Positions 9,426 to 18,226 of a stretch of 35,246 bases of DNA are shown here, one piece after another (the stretch's first letter is position 1; each line of letters opens with the position of its first letter). The translations under genes were made by a program, and so were the position numbers. The notes below the pieces were generated by a model. The model made no database searches. It had not been told where the DNA came from and worked only from the letters and a program-made list of their open reading frames with translations. Location: NCBI GenBank assembly GCA_031285625.1, contig JAITVV010000090.1, positions 1-35,246 of the forward strand, in the 5' to 3' direction. Source of the stretch: Prevotella sp. (lineage in GTDB: Bacteria; Bacteroidota; Bacteroidia; Bacteroidales; Dysgonomonadaceae).

Positions 9426-11918
9426 ATGCAAAAACACACTATCTCCTCTATCCTGGTTTTCTTTATTGCCTGTTTTGGAATAAATGATCTACAAGCACAA
9501 AAGGTAATAAAGCTTGAAGCAAAACCAAATGCAGGACAAACCAAAAGTTTTTCTGCTTCAGAAAATGGAATCTTACCTCCGCAAATGCTGGAAGGAGTTG
9601 AAGAATACCGTGAATTTTACCCGAATCCCCAATTAAAAAGCGGATCAGATATACAAGTGGGCGATAGAATGGAAATCGACCTCAATTACTGGGATCTGGT
9701 CTATGGTACAGTAATTGCTGTTACCGAATATATTGATGGCATAACCGGTGTCAGGGTAAAAATGGATCCGGGAGAATTTGATTTTGATTTTTGGTATACT
9801 TATCTAGCCATATCAGATAAGGGAACGAGTTTAGTCGCCTATGACGCTCATAATGGAAGCCCTATTAAAATTATACGGTGGAATAATAAGTCATATCTAC
9901 TGAAATATAGTCAGGAATATATGAAGAAGCGCGCTTCATCTACATGCGGTGCAGATGATTTGCACACAGACGAAATTATACAAGAAGATTCAACCACTGA
10001 AACTATAAAATCGGAATTCAGGATAAAACCAAAAACCAAATCATCACCTACCTATTCTTTTCATGATTTGGAAAAAGAAGTTCCCCTTCGCGTAATGTAT
10101 GCATACACAACTGCAGCTGAAGAGGATTTCATATCCAAAGGACGGGATGTAGAACATGATGCCACCCTTAGCATGTTGGAATCACAACAGGCTCTGGATA
10201 ACTCACAAGTGGGGATTCGCCTTGAGTTTGCAGGTATATACAAATTGGGATACGGAAAAACAAGCTTGTCTACAATTCTTAGCGATGCGACGAAAAGCAG
10301 CACTCCTGAAATGGTAAAGTTAAATGCCGCCCGCAATGCTGAAGATATTGATGTGGTTGTTCTAGTAACAGGACAAAACAAAAGTGCCGGTGGAGGAAAT
10401 ATGGTTGCAGGACTGGCAAACCTTTTGTTGTCATATGCAGGTAGTCGTACAAGTTTGGGATTTGCCGCCATAGATTCTGATTATACTTGTGGCGATTTAT
10501 CCGTCATACATGAAGTAGCCCACACCCTTGGTTGCGAGCATCATAAGCAGCAAACAACCCAATCTGCAAATTGCCTCTTTTTTAAATATAGTTCGGCATG
10601 GAGAGGCGAAATAGACAGGTATTATGTAACATTGATGGGTTACCCTAGTTCTCAGGATGACGTATGGAATAAATACTCGAGACTTCCTTATTTTTCATCG
10701 CCTGATATAACACTGAAAGGTGTAGCCATCGGGAATGCTGAGCCTTCAAATAATGCGTTAGTATTAAAACAAACAAAACATATCGCTTCCACTTATGGAA
10801 AAGGCATGCGAATAATTGTTAACAAGAAAAGCGAATCATATGGCACCAATGGCAACTTAAAGCTCTCTGTATCTAAGCACGACTTTGAACTGAGACCCGG
10901 TGATCAGATAGTTTATTCCCGCACTCCCGGAAATTTACCCGGCACATATGAGACCAACGCCTACATAGAAGACACTGGAGGAAATGATGTTACTGACGAT
11001 GCATATTATCAAAGTTACATCTATATCTATTCATATCCTTTTGAGATCACACCCAGAAGATTGCCTATGCCAATAGTACAAAATAAAACTTATGATGGGA
11101 CAACAAAGGCTGATGTTGATTTCTCCAAAGTTCTAGAGGGAGTTTTAAATGAAGATGATGTTAGTATCGATTTAGATGGGTATTCTGTTGATTTTCTCAG
11201 TCCGAATGCAACAAAGTACAATACTAGTGTTAAACCCACCGGTAGCTTTAAATTAAAAGGAAGCAAAGCTTTTTGTTACGAAGCAGTTCAAATACCCGAA
11301 TATGTTTTGCTTGCCCGAATAAATCCTGCGCCACTTTCCATTACAGCTAAGAACATAGAGATAGAACCGGACACAGATCCTACCACAATAGACCTATCCA
11401 ATGCCTATACTATAACCGGGCTGGTAAATAATGAAACTGAGAGTGTATTGACCGGGAGTTTGACCATAAGTATCGACCCAAGTATTACATCATCCACTCC
11501 GGTAGGCACTTACAAAGGTGTTATCAAAATAGAAGGATATAGTGCAAATAATTATGACATAAGCTATACTTATGGAGATATTACTATCAAAGGACAAGGT
11601 ACAGAGCCGGAACCAACATCTGATGGATTAGTTACTATAGGTGTCGGTGAGCCTGCAGCAGCAGGAGCCATACTCCAGCTGAAAACTTTTCCTGATATAA
11701 AAGACGGTGGTGCTAACGCAAATCAGGGATTGCTTTTACCAAGGGTAAAACTAACCAAACAGGATAAATTATATCCAATGCTGGAAGACGGATATGACCC
11801 TGAACAGAATGAAATTCATATAGGACTTGTAGTATATAATGTAAATGAAGATCCATCAGAGAATCTTTCCATCGGGGTATATGTATGGAATGGAGATAAA
11901 TGGGGAAAACTGTATTGA
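9426..11918 (+). CDS. Secreted metzincin (reprolysin-like) zinc metalloprotease with YDG and MBG modules and an unusual C-terminal domain
   Basis: Signal peptide, propeptide STCG (cysteine-switch-like), zinc motif HEVAHTLGCEH, Met-turn TLMGY, NKTYDGTT (YDG-like), and APLSITA...ITGLVNNE...NYDISY (MBG-like). Confidence 0.8.
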   Translation: MQKHTISSILVFFIACFGINDLQAQKVIKLEAKPNAGQTKSFSASENGILPPQMLEGVEEYREFYPNPQLKSGSDIQVGDRMEIDLNYWDLVYGTVIAVTEYIDGITGVRVKMDPGEFDFDFWYTYLAISDKGTSLVAYDAHNGSPIKIIRWNNKSYLLKYSQEYMKKRASSTCGADDLHTDEIIQEDSTTETIKSEFRIKPKTKSSPTYSFHDLEKEVPLRVMYAYTTAAEEDFISKGRDVEHDATLSMLESQQALDNSQVGIRLEFAGIYKLGYGKTSLSTILSDATKSSTPEMVKLNAARNAEDIDVVVLVTGQNKSAGGGNMVAGLANLLLSYAGSRTSLGFAAIDSDYTCGDLSVIHEVAHTLGCEHHKQQTTQSANCLFFKYSSAWRGEIDRYYVTLMGYPSSQDDVWNKYSRLPYFSSPDITLKGVAIGNAEPSNNALVLKQTKHIASTYGKGMRIIVNKKSESYGTNGNLKLSVSKHDFELRPGDQIVYSRTPGNLPGTYETNAYIEDTGGNDVTDDAYYQSYIYIYSYPFEITPRRLPMPIVQNKTYDGTTKADVDFSKVLEGVLNEDDVSIDLDGYSVDFLSPNATKYNTSVKPTGSFKLKGSKAFCYEAVQIPEYVLLARINPAPLSITAKNIEIEPDTDPTTIDLSNAYTITGLVNNETESVLTGSLTISIDPSITSSTPVGTYKGVIKIEGYSANNYDISYTYGDITIKGQGTEPEPTSDGLVTIGVGEPAAAGAILQLKTFPDIKDGGANANQGLLLPRVKLTKQDKLYPMLEDGYDPEQNEIHIGLVVYNVNEDPSENLSIGVYVWNGDKWGKLY

Positions 11919-11932
11919 TAAAATATTTATCG

Positions 11933-11965
11933 AAAAAACCTGCATCAGATGGTGCAGGCTTTTTT
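11933..11965. terminator. Bidirectional intrinsic terminator between the protease gene and metG
   Basis: AAAAAACCTGCATC-AGAT-GGTGCAGGCTTTTTT hairpin with flanking A and T tracts. Confidence 0.8.
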
Positions 11966-11984
11966 ATTTTAATATAGTGATATA

Positions 11985-14027
11985 TTACCCTATCTGACTT
12001 CCCGGATTCACGTCCTTAGAAGGTTGTATAAGAAACAGATTACCTTCAGCATCTTCCACAGAAAGTATCATTCCCTGAGATTCTACTCCTTTTAATTTAC
12101 GTGGTTCAAGATTAGCAATAAAACAAACCTGTTTGCCTACCAGATTTTCCGGTTTATACCATGCAGCAATACCAGAAATAATTGTACGTTTATTCATTCC
12201 GTCATCAATCAAGAATTGCAGTAACTTATCTGCTTTAGGTACTTTTATACATTCCAGTACAGTACCGACACGAAGATCCAGCTTTGCAAAATCATCAAAA
12301 GCTACATTTGCCTTCTGCGGAGCAACTTTTATTTCGACTTCCTGTTCATTTGCTTTTTTTGTATCCAACAGCTTTTGAATCTGCTTTTCTATCGTTTCAT
12401 CTTCGATCTTTGAGAATAACAATTCCGATTGATTCAATTGATGCCCTACAGGCAGTAAATTGATTTGTCCTAACTGATCCCATGTAAGATTATCCATATT
12501 AATAAACTGACGGATCTTCTTAACACTGAATGGCAGGAACGGCTCGAATGCGATAGAGAGATTAGCCGTAATTTGTAAGGATATATTTAATATCGTTTCC
12601 ACACGGGCCATATCTGTTTTAGCCAATTTCCATGGCTCTGTATCTGCCAGATATTTATTTCCGATACGTGCCAGATTCATAGCTTCTTTAAGGGCATCGC
12701 GGAAACGGTAATTTTCCAGATACGAACCCACTACTTCTTTTACATCGGCAAATTCTTTCAGTGTTTCTTTATCATAATCGGTCAATTCGTTAAGTTGCGG
12801 CACTTTATTATCAAAATACTTCTGGGTAAGTACCAATGCTCGATTGATAAAGTTTCCAAGTATAGCAACCAACTCATTATTATTACGAGCCTGGAAATCT
12901 TTCCAGGTAAAATCATTATCTTTTGTTTCCGGTGCATTAGCAGTCAGTACATAACGCAGAATATCTTGTTGCCCCGGAAAATCTTCCAGATACTCATGCA
13001 ACCACACAGCCCAGTTGCGCGAGGTAGATATTTTATCACCTTCCAGATTCAGAAACTCATTTGCAGGAACATTCTCCGGCAATATAAATGAGCCCTCGGC
13101 TTTCAGCATAGCAGGGAAAACAATACAATGGAATACAATATTATCCTTTCCAATAAAATGTACCAATTTGGTATCTCCCGATTTCCACCATTTTTCCCAA
13201 CTATCCGGAAACAGTTCGATTGTATTCGATATATATCCTATAGGAGCATCGAACCATACATAAAGTACTTTCCCTTTGGCATCCGGTAGTGGGATAGGCA
13301 CCCCCCAATCAAGATCGCGGCTTACCGCACGAGGTTGTAATCCCATATCGAGCCATGATTTGCACTGACCATATACATTTGATTTCCATTCCTTATGATC
13401 TTCCAATATCCACTGTCGAAGCCAGGATTCATGCTTATCCAGTGGTAAATACCAGTGTTTGGTTTCACGCATCACAGGTGTGGCACCGGATATGGTAGAA
13501 CGTGGATTTTTCAGGTCGGTAGGACTAAGGGAAGTACCGCACGATTCACATTGATCCCCATATGCATTTGGATTTCCACAATGTGGACATTCACCCATAA
13601 TATAGCGGTCGGCAAGAAACATCTGAGCTTCTTCATCGTAATATTGCTCACTTGTTTTTTCTTCAAACTCACCCTTATTGTAAAGTTTCAGAAAAAAATC
13701 TGAAGCTGTTTTTTTATGAATTTCAGAACTTGTACGGGAATAAATATCGAAAGCAATACCAAAATCCTCAAATGATTTTTTAATTAGTCCATGATACTTA
13801 TCTACAATATCCTGTGGTGTTACTCCTTCCTTTTTTGCGCGGATAGTAATAGGTACACCATGTTCGTCAGAACCTCCTATATGTATCACATCCTCGCCTT
13901 TCAGTCTGAGGTAACGCACATAAATATCTGCAGGAATATAAACTCCGGCAAGGTGTCCGATATGTACAGGCCCATTTGCATAAGGCAGGGCTGATGTAAC
14001 AAGGGTTCTGTTGTATTTCTTGGTCAT
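11985..14027 (-). CDS. metG: Methionine--tRNA ligase
   Basis: [15 protein letters not shown] (HIGH motif), zinc knuckle CPHC...CESC, KISTS (KMSKS equivalent) and a C-terminal tRNA-binding OB domain. Confidence 0.98.
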   Translation of the reverse strand: MTKKYNRTLVTSALPYANGPVHIGHLAGVYIPADIYVRYLRLKGEDVIHIGGSDEHGVPITIRAKKEGVTPQDIVDKYHGLIKKSFEDFGIAFDIYSRTSSEIHKKTASDFFLKLYNKGEFEEKTSEQYYDEEAQMFLADRYIMGECPHCGNPNAYGDQCESCGTSLSPTDLKNPRSTISGATPVMRETKHWYLPLDKHESWLRQWILEDHKEWKSNVYGQCKSWLDMGLQPRAVSRDLDWGVPIPLPDAKGKVLYVWFDAPIGYISNTIELFPDSWEKWWKSGDTKLVHFIGKDNIVFHCIVFPAMLKAEGSFILPENVPANEFLNLEGDKISTSRNWAVWLHEYLEDFPGQQDILRYVLTANAPETKDNDFTWKDFQARNNNELVAILGNFINRALVLTQKYFDNKVPQLNELTDYDKETLKEFADVKEVVGSYLENYRFRDALKEAMNLARIGNKYLADTEPWKLAKTDMARVETILNISLQITANLSIAFEPFLPFSVKKIRQFINMDNLTWDQLGQINLLPVGHQLNQSELLFSKIEDETIEKQIQKLLDTKKANEQEVEIKVAPQKANVAFDDFAKLDLRVGTVLECIKVPKADKLLQFLIDDGMNKRTIISGIAAWYKPENLVGKQVCFIANLEPRKLKGVESQGMILSVEDAEGNLFLIQPSKDVNPGSQIG

Positions 14028-14077
14028 ATGGTAAGTTAATTTTATATTTCGTATCCGCTAAAATTGTTTTTGTGGTG

Positions 14078-14085
14078 CAAAGATA
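14078..14085 (-). promoter_or_regulatory. -7 element for metG
   Basis: Reverse complement reads TATCTTTG(CA), about 50 nt upstream of the start codon. Confidence 0.6.
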
Positions 14086-14172
14086 AGCAACTTAGAGACA
14101 AAAAACACAGAACATAAATGGTTTTTGTTTACATGTTTATATTATCTTTAAAACTCCATTAAAATATTATCA

Positions 14173-15393
14173 ATGAATATAAAGAACTTTTTACTGCACG
14201 GAAATCTTGTCCTTCTTATATCAATAGGGTTATTTTTAGGTATACTATTAGGTCTATTTCTTCCTGAAATTGCAATCCAGGTTGGTGTATTAGGGGAGTT
14301 ATTTTTATCAGCGCTTAAGGCGGCCGCTCCAATTCTTGTATTCCTTCTAATAATATCCTCAATAACCAATCACAAAACCGGACAAAAAACCAGTATAAAA
14401 TCAGTATTGCTATTATATCTGCTGGGAACTTTCCTTGCTGCATTAATAGCTGTTGCTTCCAGCTTTTTATTTCCATCAACAATCACGCTAAAAACGGATA
14501 ATACTACAGAACTACTGCCTCCTTCCGGTATATTGGAAGTTATCAGGGATGTATTATTCAAAATTGTGGACAATCCTGTGAATGCAATTCTCAATCAGAA
14601 CTTTATAGGGATATTAGCATGGGCAATAGGAATAGGCTACTTTATGAGAAAAGCATCCGACAGTACCAAACTAATCTTCAGTGACCTTTCAGATGCAGTT
14701 ATCTTTATAATCAGGGTAATAATCCGATTTGCCCCTATCGGAATATTTGGACTGGTAGCATCGGCCATTGCCACAACAGGCCCAAAAACCTTATTGGAAT
14801 ATCTGCATGTAATTATGGTATTAGTAGGAACGATGCTATTTGTAGCATTAGTTATAAACCCATTGATTGTTTTCTGGAAGATAAGAAGAAACCCCTACCC
14901 TCTGGTATTTACTTGTCTTAAAGATAGTGGAATCACAGCATTCTTTACACGCAGTTCTGCTGCAAATGTTCCTGTAAATCTGGCGTTGGCTAAAAAACTA
15001 AAGTTAAATGAGGATACATATTCAGTAAGTATTCCATTAGGAGCCACAATCAATATGGAAGGCGCAGCAGTTACCATTACGGTACTTACTTTAGCTGCTG
15101 TTCATACATTAGGAATAGATGTCGACCTACCTACTGCAATACTCTTAAGTGTTATTTCTGCTTTGGGTGCCTGTGGTGCATCCGGAGTGCCGGGCGGATC
15201 ACTACTCCTTATTCCGGTAGCATGCAGTTTGTTTAACATACCGACTGATACGGCTATGCTTGTAGTTGGTGTAGGTATGACTATCAGTGTAATTCAGGAC
15301 TCTATGGAAACAGCATTAAACTCCTCTACTGATATATTATTTACAGCTGCAGCTTGTATAGCGGACGAAAAAAAGGATTTAAAATCACAATAA
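14173..15393 (+). CDS. sstT: Serine/threonine:Na+ symporter (DAACS family)
   Basis: Motifs [42 protein letters not shown] and [12 protein letters not shown]. Confidence 0.92.
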   Translation: MNIKNFLLHGNLVLLISIGLFLGILLGLFLPEIAIQVGVLGELFLSALKAAAPILVFLLIISSITNHKTGQKTSIKSVLLLYLLGTFLAALIAVASSFLFPSTITLKTDNTTELLPPSGILEVIRDVLFKIVDNPVNAILNQNFIGILAWAIGIGYFMRKASDSTKLIFSDLSDAVIFIIRVIIRFAPIGIFGLVASAIATTGPKTLLEYLHVIMVLVGTMLFVALVINPLIVFWKIRRNPYPLVFTCLKDSGITAFFTRSSAANVPVNLALAKKLKLNEDTYSVSIPLGATINMEGAAVTITVLTLAAVHTLGIDVDLPTAILLSVISALGACGASGVPGGSLLLIPVACSLFNIPTDTAMLVVGVGMTISVIQDSMETALNSSTDILFTAAACIADEKKDLKSQ

Positions 15394-15402
15394 AGTTAGG
15401 CT

Positions 15403-15606
15403 TTACAAATTCAATTGAATATATAAATCCTCATCCCTTTCCAGAAAACTGATTCCATTTTCTTTGTACAGCCAACCTAATACCAGATGAACATATGCTC
15501 CCCTATAATTTGTTTTTTTCTGAATATACTCTGCTGAAACTATTCCCTCTCCGAATAATATTTCTTTTATTAGTATAGCATCAGTTTCAATAATTTCTTT
15601 TAACAT
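15403..15606 (-). CDS. Small winged helix-turn-helix protein (DUF2582-like)
   Basis: 67 aa with the pattern L.LGWL.KEN.I.F typical of this Bacteroidales family. Confidence 0.7.
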   Translation of the reverse strand: MLKEIIETDAILIKEILFGEGIVSAEYIQKKTNYRGAYVHLVLGWLYKENGISFLERDEDLYIQLNL

Positions 15607-15630
15607 CTGACTTCCTGTTTATTTATATTT

Positions 15631-15725
15631 TTACAGCCCCAACACTTGCTTCAACAACTTGTATCCATTCAGACTGATTTTCACCTCTGTGCCATTTCGC
15701 ATCTTCAGCAACTGATCTCTCTCTA
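15631..15725 (-). pseudogene. C-terminal remnant of a LytTR-family response regulator
   Basis: Minus strand reads ...ERDQLLKMRNGTEVKISLNGYKLLKQVLGL*, which resembles the end of a LytTR domain. An in-frame stop lies upstream, and there is no receiver domain. Confidence 0.6.
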
Positions 15726-15789
15726 TTGTAAGATTAAGACTTTTTTTATTGTTAGCTTCATCACTCTATAATTCAGTATTGCAAAAAGA

Positions 15790-15823
15790 TATAACCCGTA
15801 CAGGCATGCCCGCATGGGTTATA
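15790..15823. other. Hairpin downstream of the VR-like relic
   Basis: TATAACCC-GTACAGGC-AT-GCCCGCAT-GGGTTATA: perfect 8-bp outer stem and an imperfect inner stem. Confidence 0.55.
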
Positions 15824-15853
15824 GTTATCTTATTAGCCTTTGCGCCATTTGTT

Positions 15854-16047
15854 TTAATTGCTATTGATATAACGCACAGCGAAGCCGACGGTACGGTAGC
15901 TACTGTTAGCCGGGCTAACGCTAGGGTAACGCCACAACTGCTAAAGTTCAGGGTGTATGCATCAGTGCTGCTAATACTGGTACTCCAGTCGTAGCTGTCT
16001 AAGCCTTGAATGTAAAATAGACCACTTCCATAGCCCCGGCTACCACT
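15854..16047 (-). pseudogene. C-terminal remnant of a CLec/FISUMP-type protein resembling a DGR target variable region
   Basis: After removing an 11-nt duplication-like insert (15916-15926), the minus strand reads SGSRGYGSGLFYIQGLDSYDWSTSISSTDAYTLNFSSCGVSPANSSYRTVGFAVRYINSN*. Confidence 0.65.
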
Positions 16048-16053
16048 GTTAAC

Positions 16054-16480
16054 ACATCGGAGGAACAGATAAGCAAAAACTTCAGTAAATTATATTCAGA
16101 TTTTCCAGAAGCTAGTAAAGAGAGATTATTTAAAATCGCTGTCCGGCAAGCAATAACAGATACTGCCAGCCTATATTTTTTTATAAGGAAGAAATAGGCA
16201 TCAAGGCTAAAGAATCATTTAATGATATATTGAATGAGTATAATGTAAAATATAATATATCCAGACCAATAAACAGATATGCCAAAGAATTGGTAATGGC
16301 GGCGTATCTAGATGCCTTTTACGCATAGTACCTGTACCTGAGCAGCCTGCCGGAATATAAAGGCTGCAAGTGGGAAAAATGGTATGCGCAAAATCCACTT
16401 TTCGAATTGATTAAAAACTTAGGAAGTATTAGTAATAAAGGGAATCTAATACTAAGGAGTGCCAGGCTATCAACTGGATA
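16054..16480 (+). pseudogene. Degraded fragment of an unidentified gene
   Basis: Protein-like reading TSEEQISKNFSKLYSDFPEASKERLFKIAVRQAITDTASLYF, then a frameshift in the T8 tract at about 16175-16182, then YKEEIGIKAKESFNDILNEY...DAFYA*YLYLSSLPEYKGCKWEKWY...STG*. No start codon. Confidence 0.4.
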
Positions 16481-16674
16481 ATTATATATTGAGCGGGCCT
16501 GTAATCCGATTTCAACTGAATAATTCATATAAGTATGACAAATATGACTGTGGGCTCATAACTTTAAATATCTAGGAACATTAACTAAAAACTGTCCATA
16601 ATGAAAACAATATTAATATTTATAATTCTACTGTTTAGTATGAATTCCAGTCTCAAAATACTATTACAACAATA

Positions 16675-17553
16675 CTATTTAAATGCCTCCCCAATAGCCT
16701 GTCCTCTCCATGCCTGAGGTACTTTCAATCCAAACATACGGGCTATTGTTGGAGCATAATCATAATCGATGATCACATTTTTTAGTTCATATCCTTTTTT
16801 GATTCCGGGACCACTAATAACGATTGGTATCTCCACCTCCTGTAATGATTTTTTACCATGCCCCTTACCGATTCCCCCATGATCGGAGATCACCATGATT
16901 ATAGTCTCTTTCTCAATACCGGCATCTTTTACTGCTTGTACTATCTTGCCGATACGTTCATCCACCTTTTTTAACATTGCATAATACTCCGGCATATCGT
17001 GTCCGGCTCCATGCCCTGTGTGATCGGGTTCGTCAAAATGAATAAAGGTAAAAGTCGGTTTTTCCCTTTTTATGATAGCAGCTGTAGTATCAGCCGTAAG
17101 GTCTTCATTCGATTTGGTAGGAATGACCAGATTGATAATGTCTTTTTCCAAGAGATGTTCAATGCCCTCCCAACTATAGATAACAGCTGTTTTGCTCTGC
17201 GGCATCTGTTCCCTCAGGATAGTGTAAATGGACGGGAATTTCCCGTACTGGCTGGTTACTACTGATGGAATTTCAGGCGTTTTACTACCCCATTCCGTGT
17301 ATCCGTGTAAGGTAGGGCTGGCTCCCATTAGTATCGATGCCCAGTTGACTGCACTGGACGATGGTAACACCGTTCGGGCTTTTGCCGACCATGATCCATT
17401 CTCTGCCAGTTTCTTCAGGTTAGGCATATCGGCTTTATGGTATGCATAAGCCCCAAACCCGTCGCAACCAATCACAACTACATGCTTTATATCAGAAGCA
17501 TCTAGCTTGAACACATAGGCGGATAACAGGATAAATATAAATATTCGTTTCAT
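16675..17553 (-). CDS. Secreted alkaline-phosphatase-superfamily enzyme (nucleotide pyrophosphatase/phosphodiesterase type)
   Basis: Signal peptide, VVIGCDGFG, nucleophile region PSSSAVNWAS, and metal ligands DEPDHTGH and SDHGG. No sulfatase C/SxPxR motif. Confidence 0.85.
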   Translation of the reverse strand: MKRIFIFILLSAYVFKLDASDIKHVVVIGCDGFGAYAYHKADMPNLKKLAENGSWSAKARTVLPSSSAVNWASILMGASPTLHGYTEWGSKTPEIPSVVTSQYGKFPSIYTILREQMPQSKTAVIYSWEGIEHLLEKDIINLVIPTKSNEDLTADTTAAIIKREKPTFTFIHFDEPDHTGHGAGHDMPEYYAMLKKVDERIGKIVQAVKDAGIEKETIIMVISDHGGIGKGHGKKSLQEVEIPIVISGPGIKKGYELKNVIIDYDYAPTIARMFGLKVPQAWRGQAIGEAFK

Positions 17554-17632
17554 AGATGTTTAATTGTTAAAAAACTAAATTTATAAATTAGATAAGCATA
17601 GCCTGATCCGACATTGCTGTACCTTTGTAAAA

Positions 17633-17734
17633 CAAAAGTATAATAATACTTGTCCGGATAGGGATAATATCGTACGCACAAGGGCGTAATATTGTCCGGT
17701 AGAGTTTTTATCCCTCTGTTCGGACAAAATATGC
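17633..17734 (-). promoter_or_regulatory. -7 box with candidate HTCS operator repeats upstream of the phosphatase gene
   Basis: -7 box TACTTTTG (reverse complement of 17633-17640). Motif copies at 17663-17675 (GATAATATCGTAC) and 17685-17697 (CGTAATATTGTCC), an inverted copy at 17722-17734, and a weaker copy at 17643-17655. Confidence 0.65.
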
Positions 17735-17857
17735 GTGTCTGTTCGATATAATAATAAATTATTTATCCCCGAATGTAGGTGCGCAAAGATAATAATTTAT
17801 CAACAAATGCTAAAATTTGATGCGGTTGTCCTAATATTTTATTCTACTTTTATGTCG

Positions 17858-17865
17858 TACTTTTG
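17858..17865 (+). promoter_or_regulatory. Candidate -7 element for the HTCS gene
   Basis: TACTTTTG matches TAnnTTTG, but it would imply a leader of about 360 nt. Confidence 0.3.
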
Positions 17866-18226
17866 TTATGGTTTCTTGTTGATGAAATTACAGAAAAAAG
17901 AAATATCAGGAGGAACTCAGGCGGCTATTTCTTAAATCGGGACTTTCTTACACTTACTTAAGTATAAAGACGGAAAAAAGAAAACTTGACTTATGATTGA
18001 TTTTGTTATACCTTAGATCATGAAAATTATATTCATTAGTTATTAATGGTAATTAGTGTCCGGAGCAATCGATTGGTTATTAGTTATTTAATGTTTTTTT
18101 TAGTTAGGTGGAAATCTTGACTCTTAATAAATTAACTCCTTGATCACTAACGAATGGAGCGAAAGTTACTTCTCCGGCTACTGATTTGAATAATTTATAG
18201 CTTGATAACTTAACCTGAAATAAGAA

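Noticed and set aside
15749-15994. 81-aa plus-strand ORF
   Set aside because: It is the antisense shadow of the VR-like relic. The minus-strand reading carries the recognisable motif.
15854-16047. Calling an intact, active DGR or a template repeat here
   Set aside because: No reverse transcriptase, avd or second repeat copy in the window. The segment is not AAC-rich as a TR would be, and it is frameshifted.
16319-16528. 69-aa minus-strand ORF
   Set aside because: Antisense to the more protein-like plus-strand pseudogene and has no motifs.
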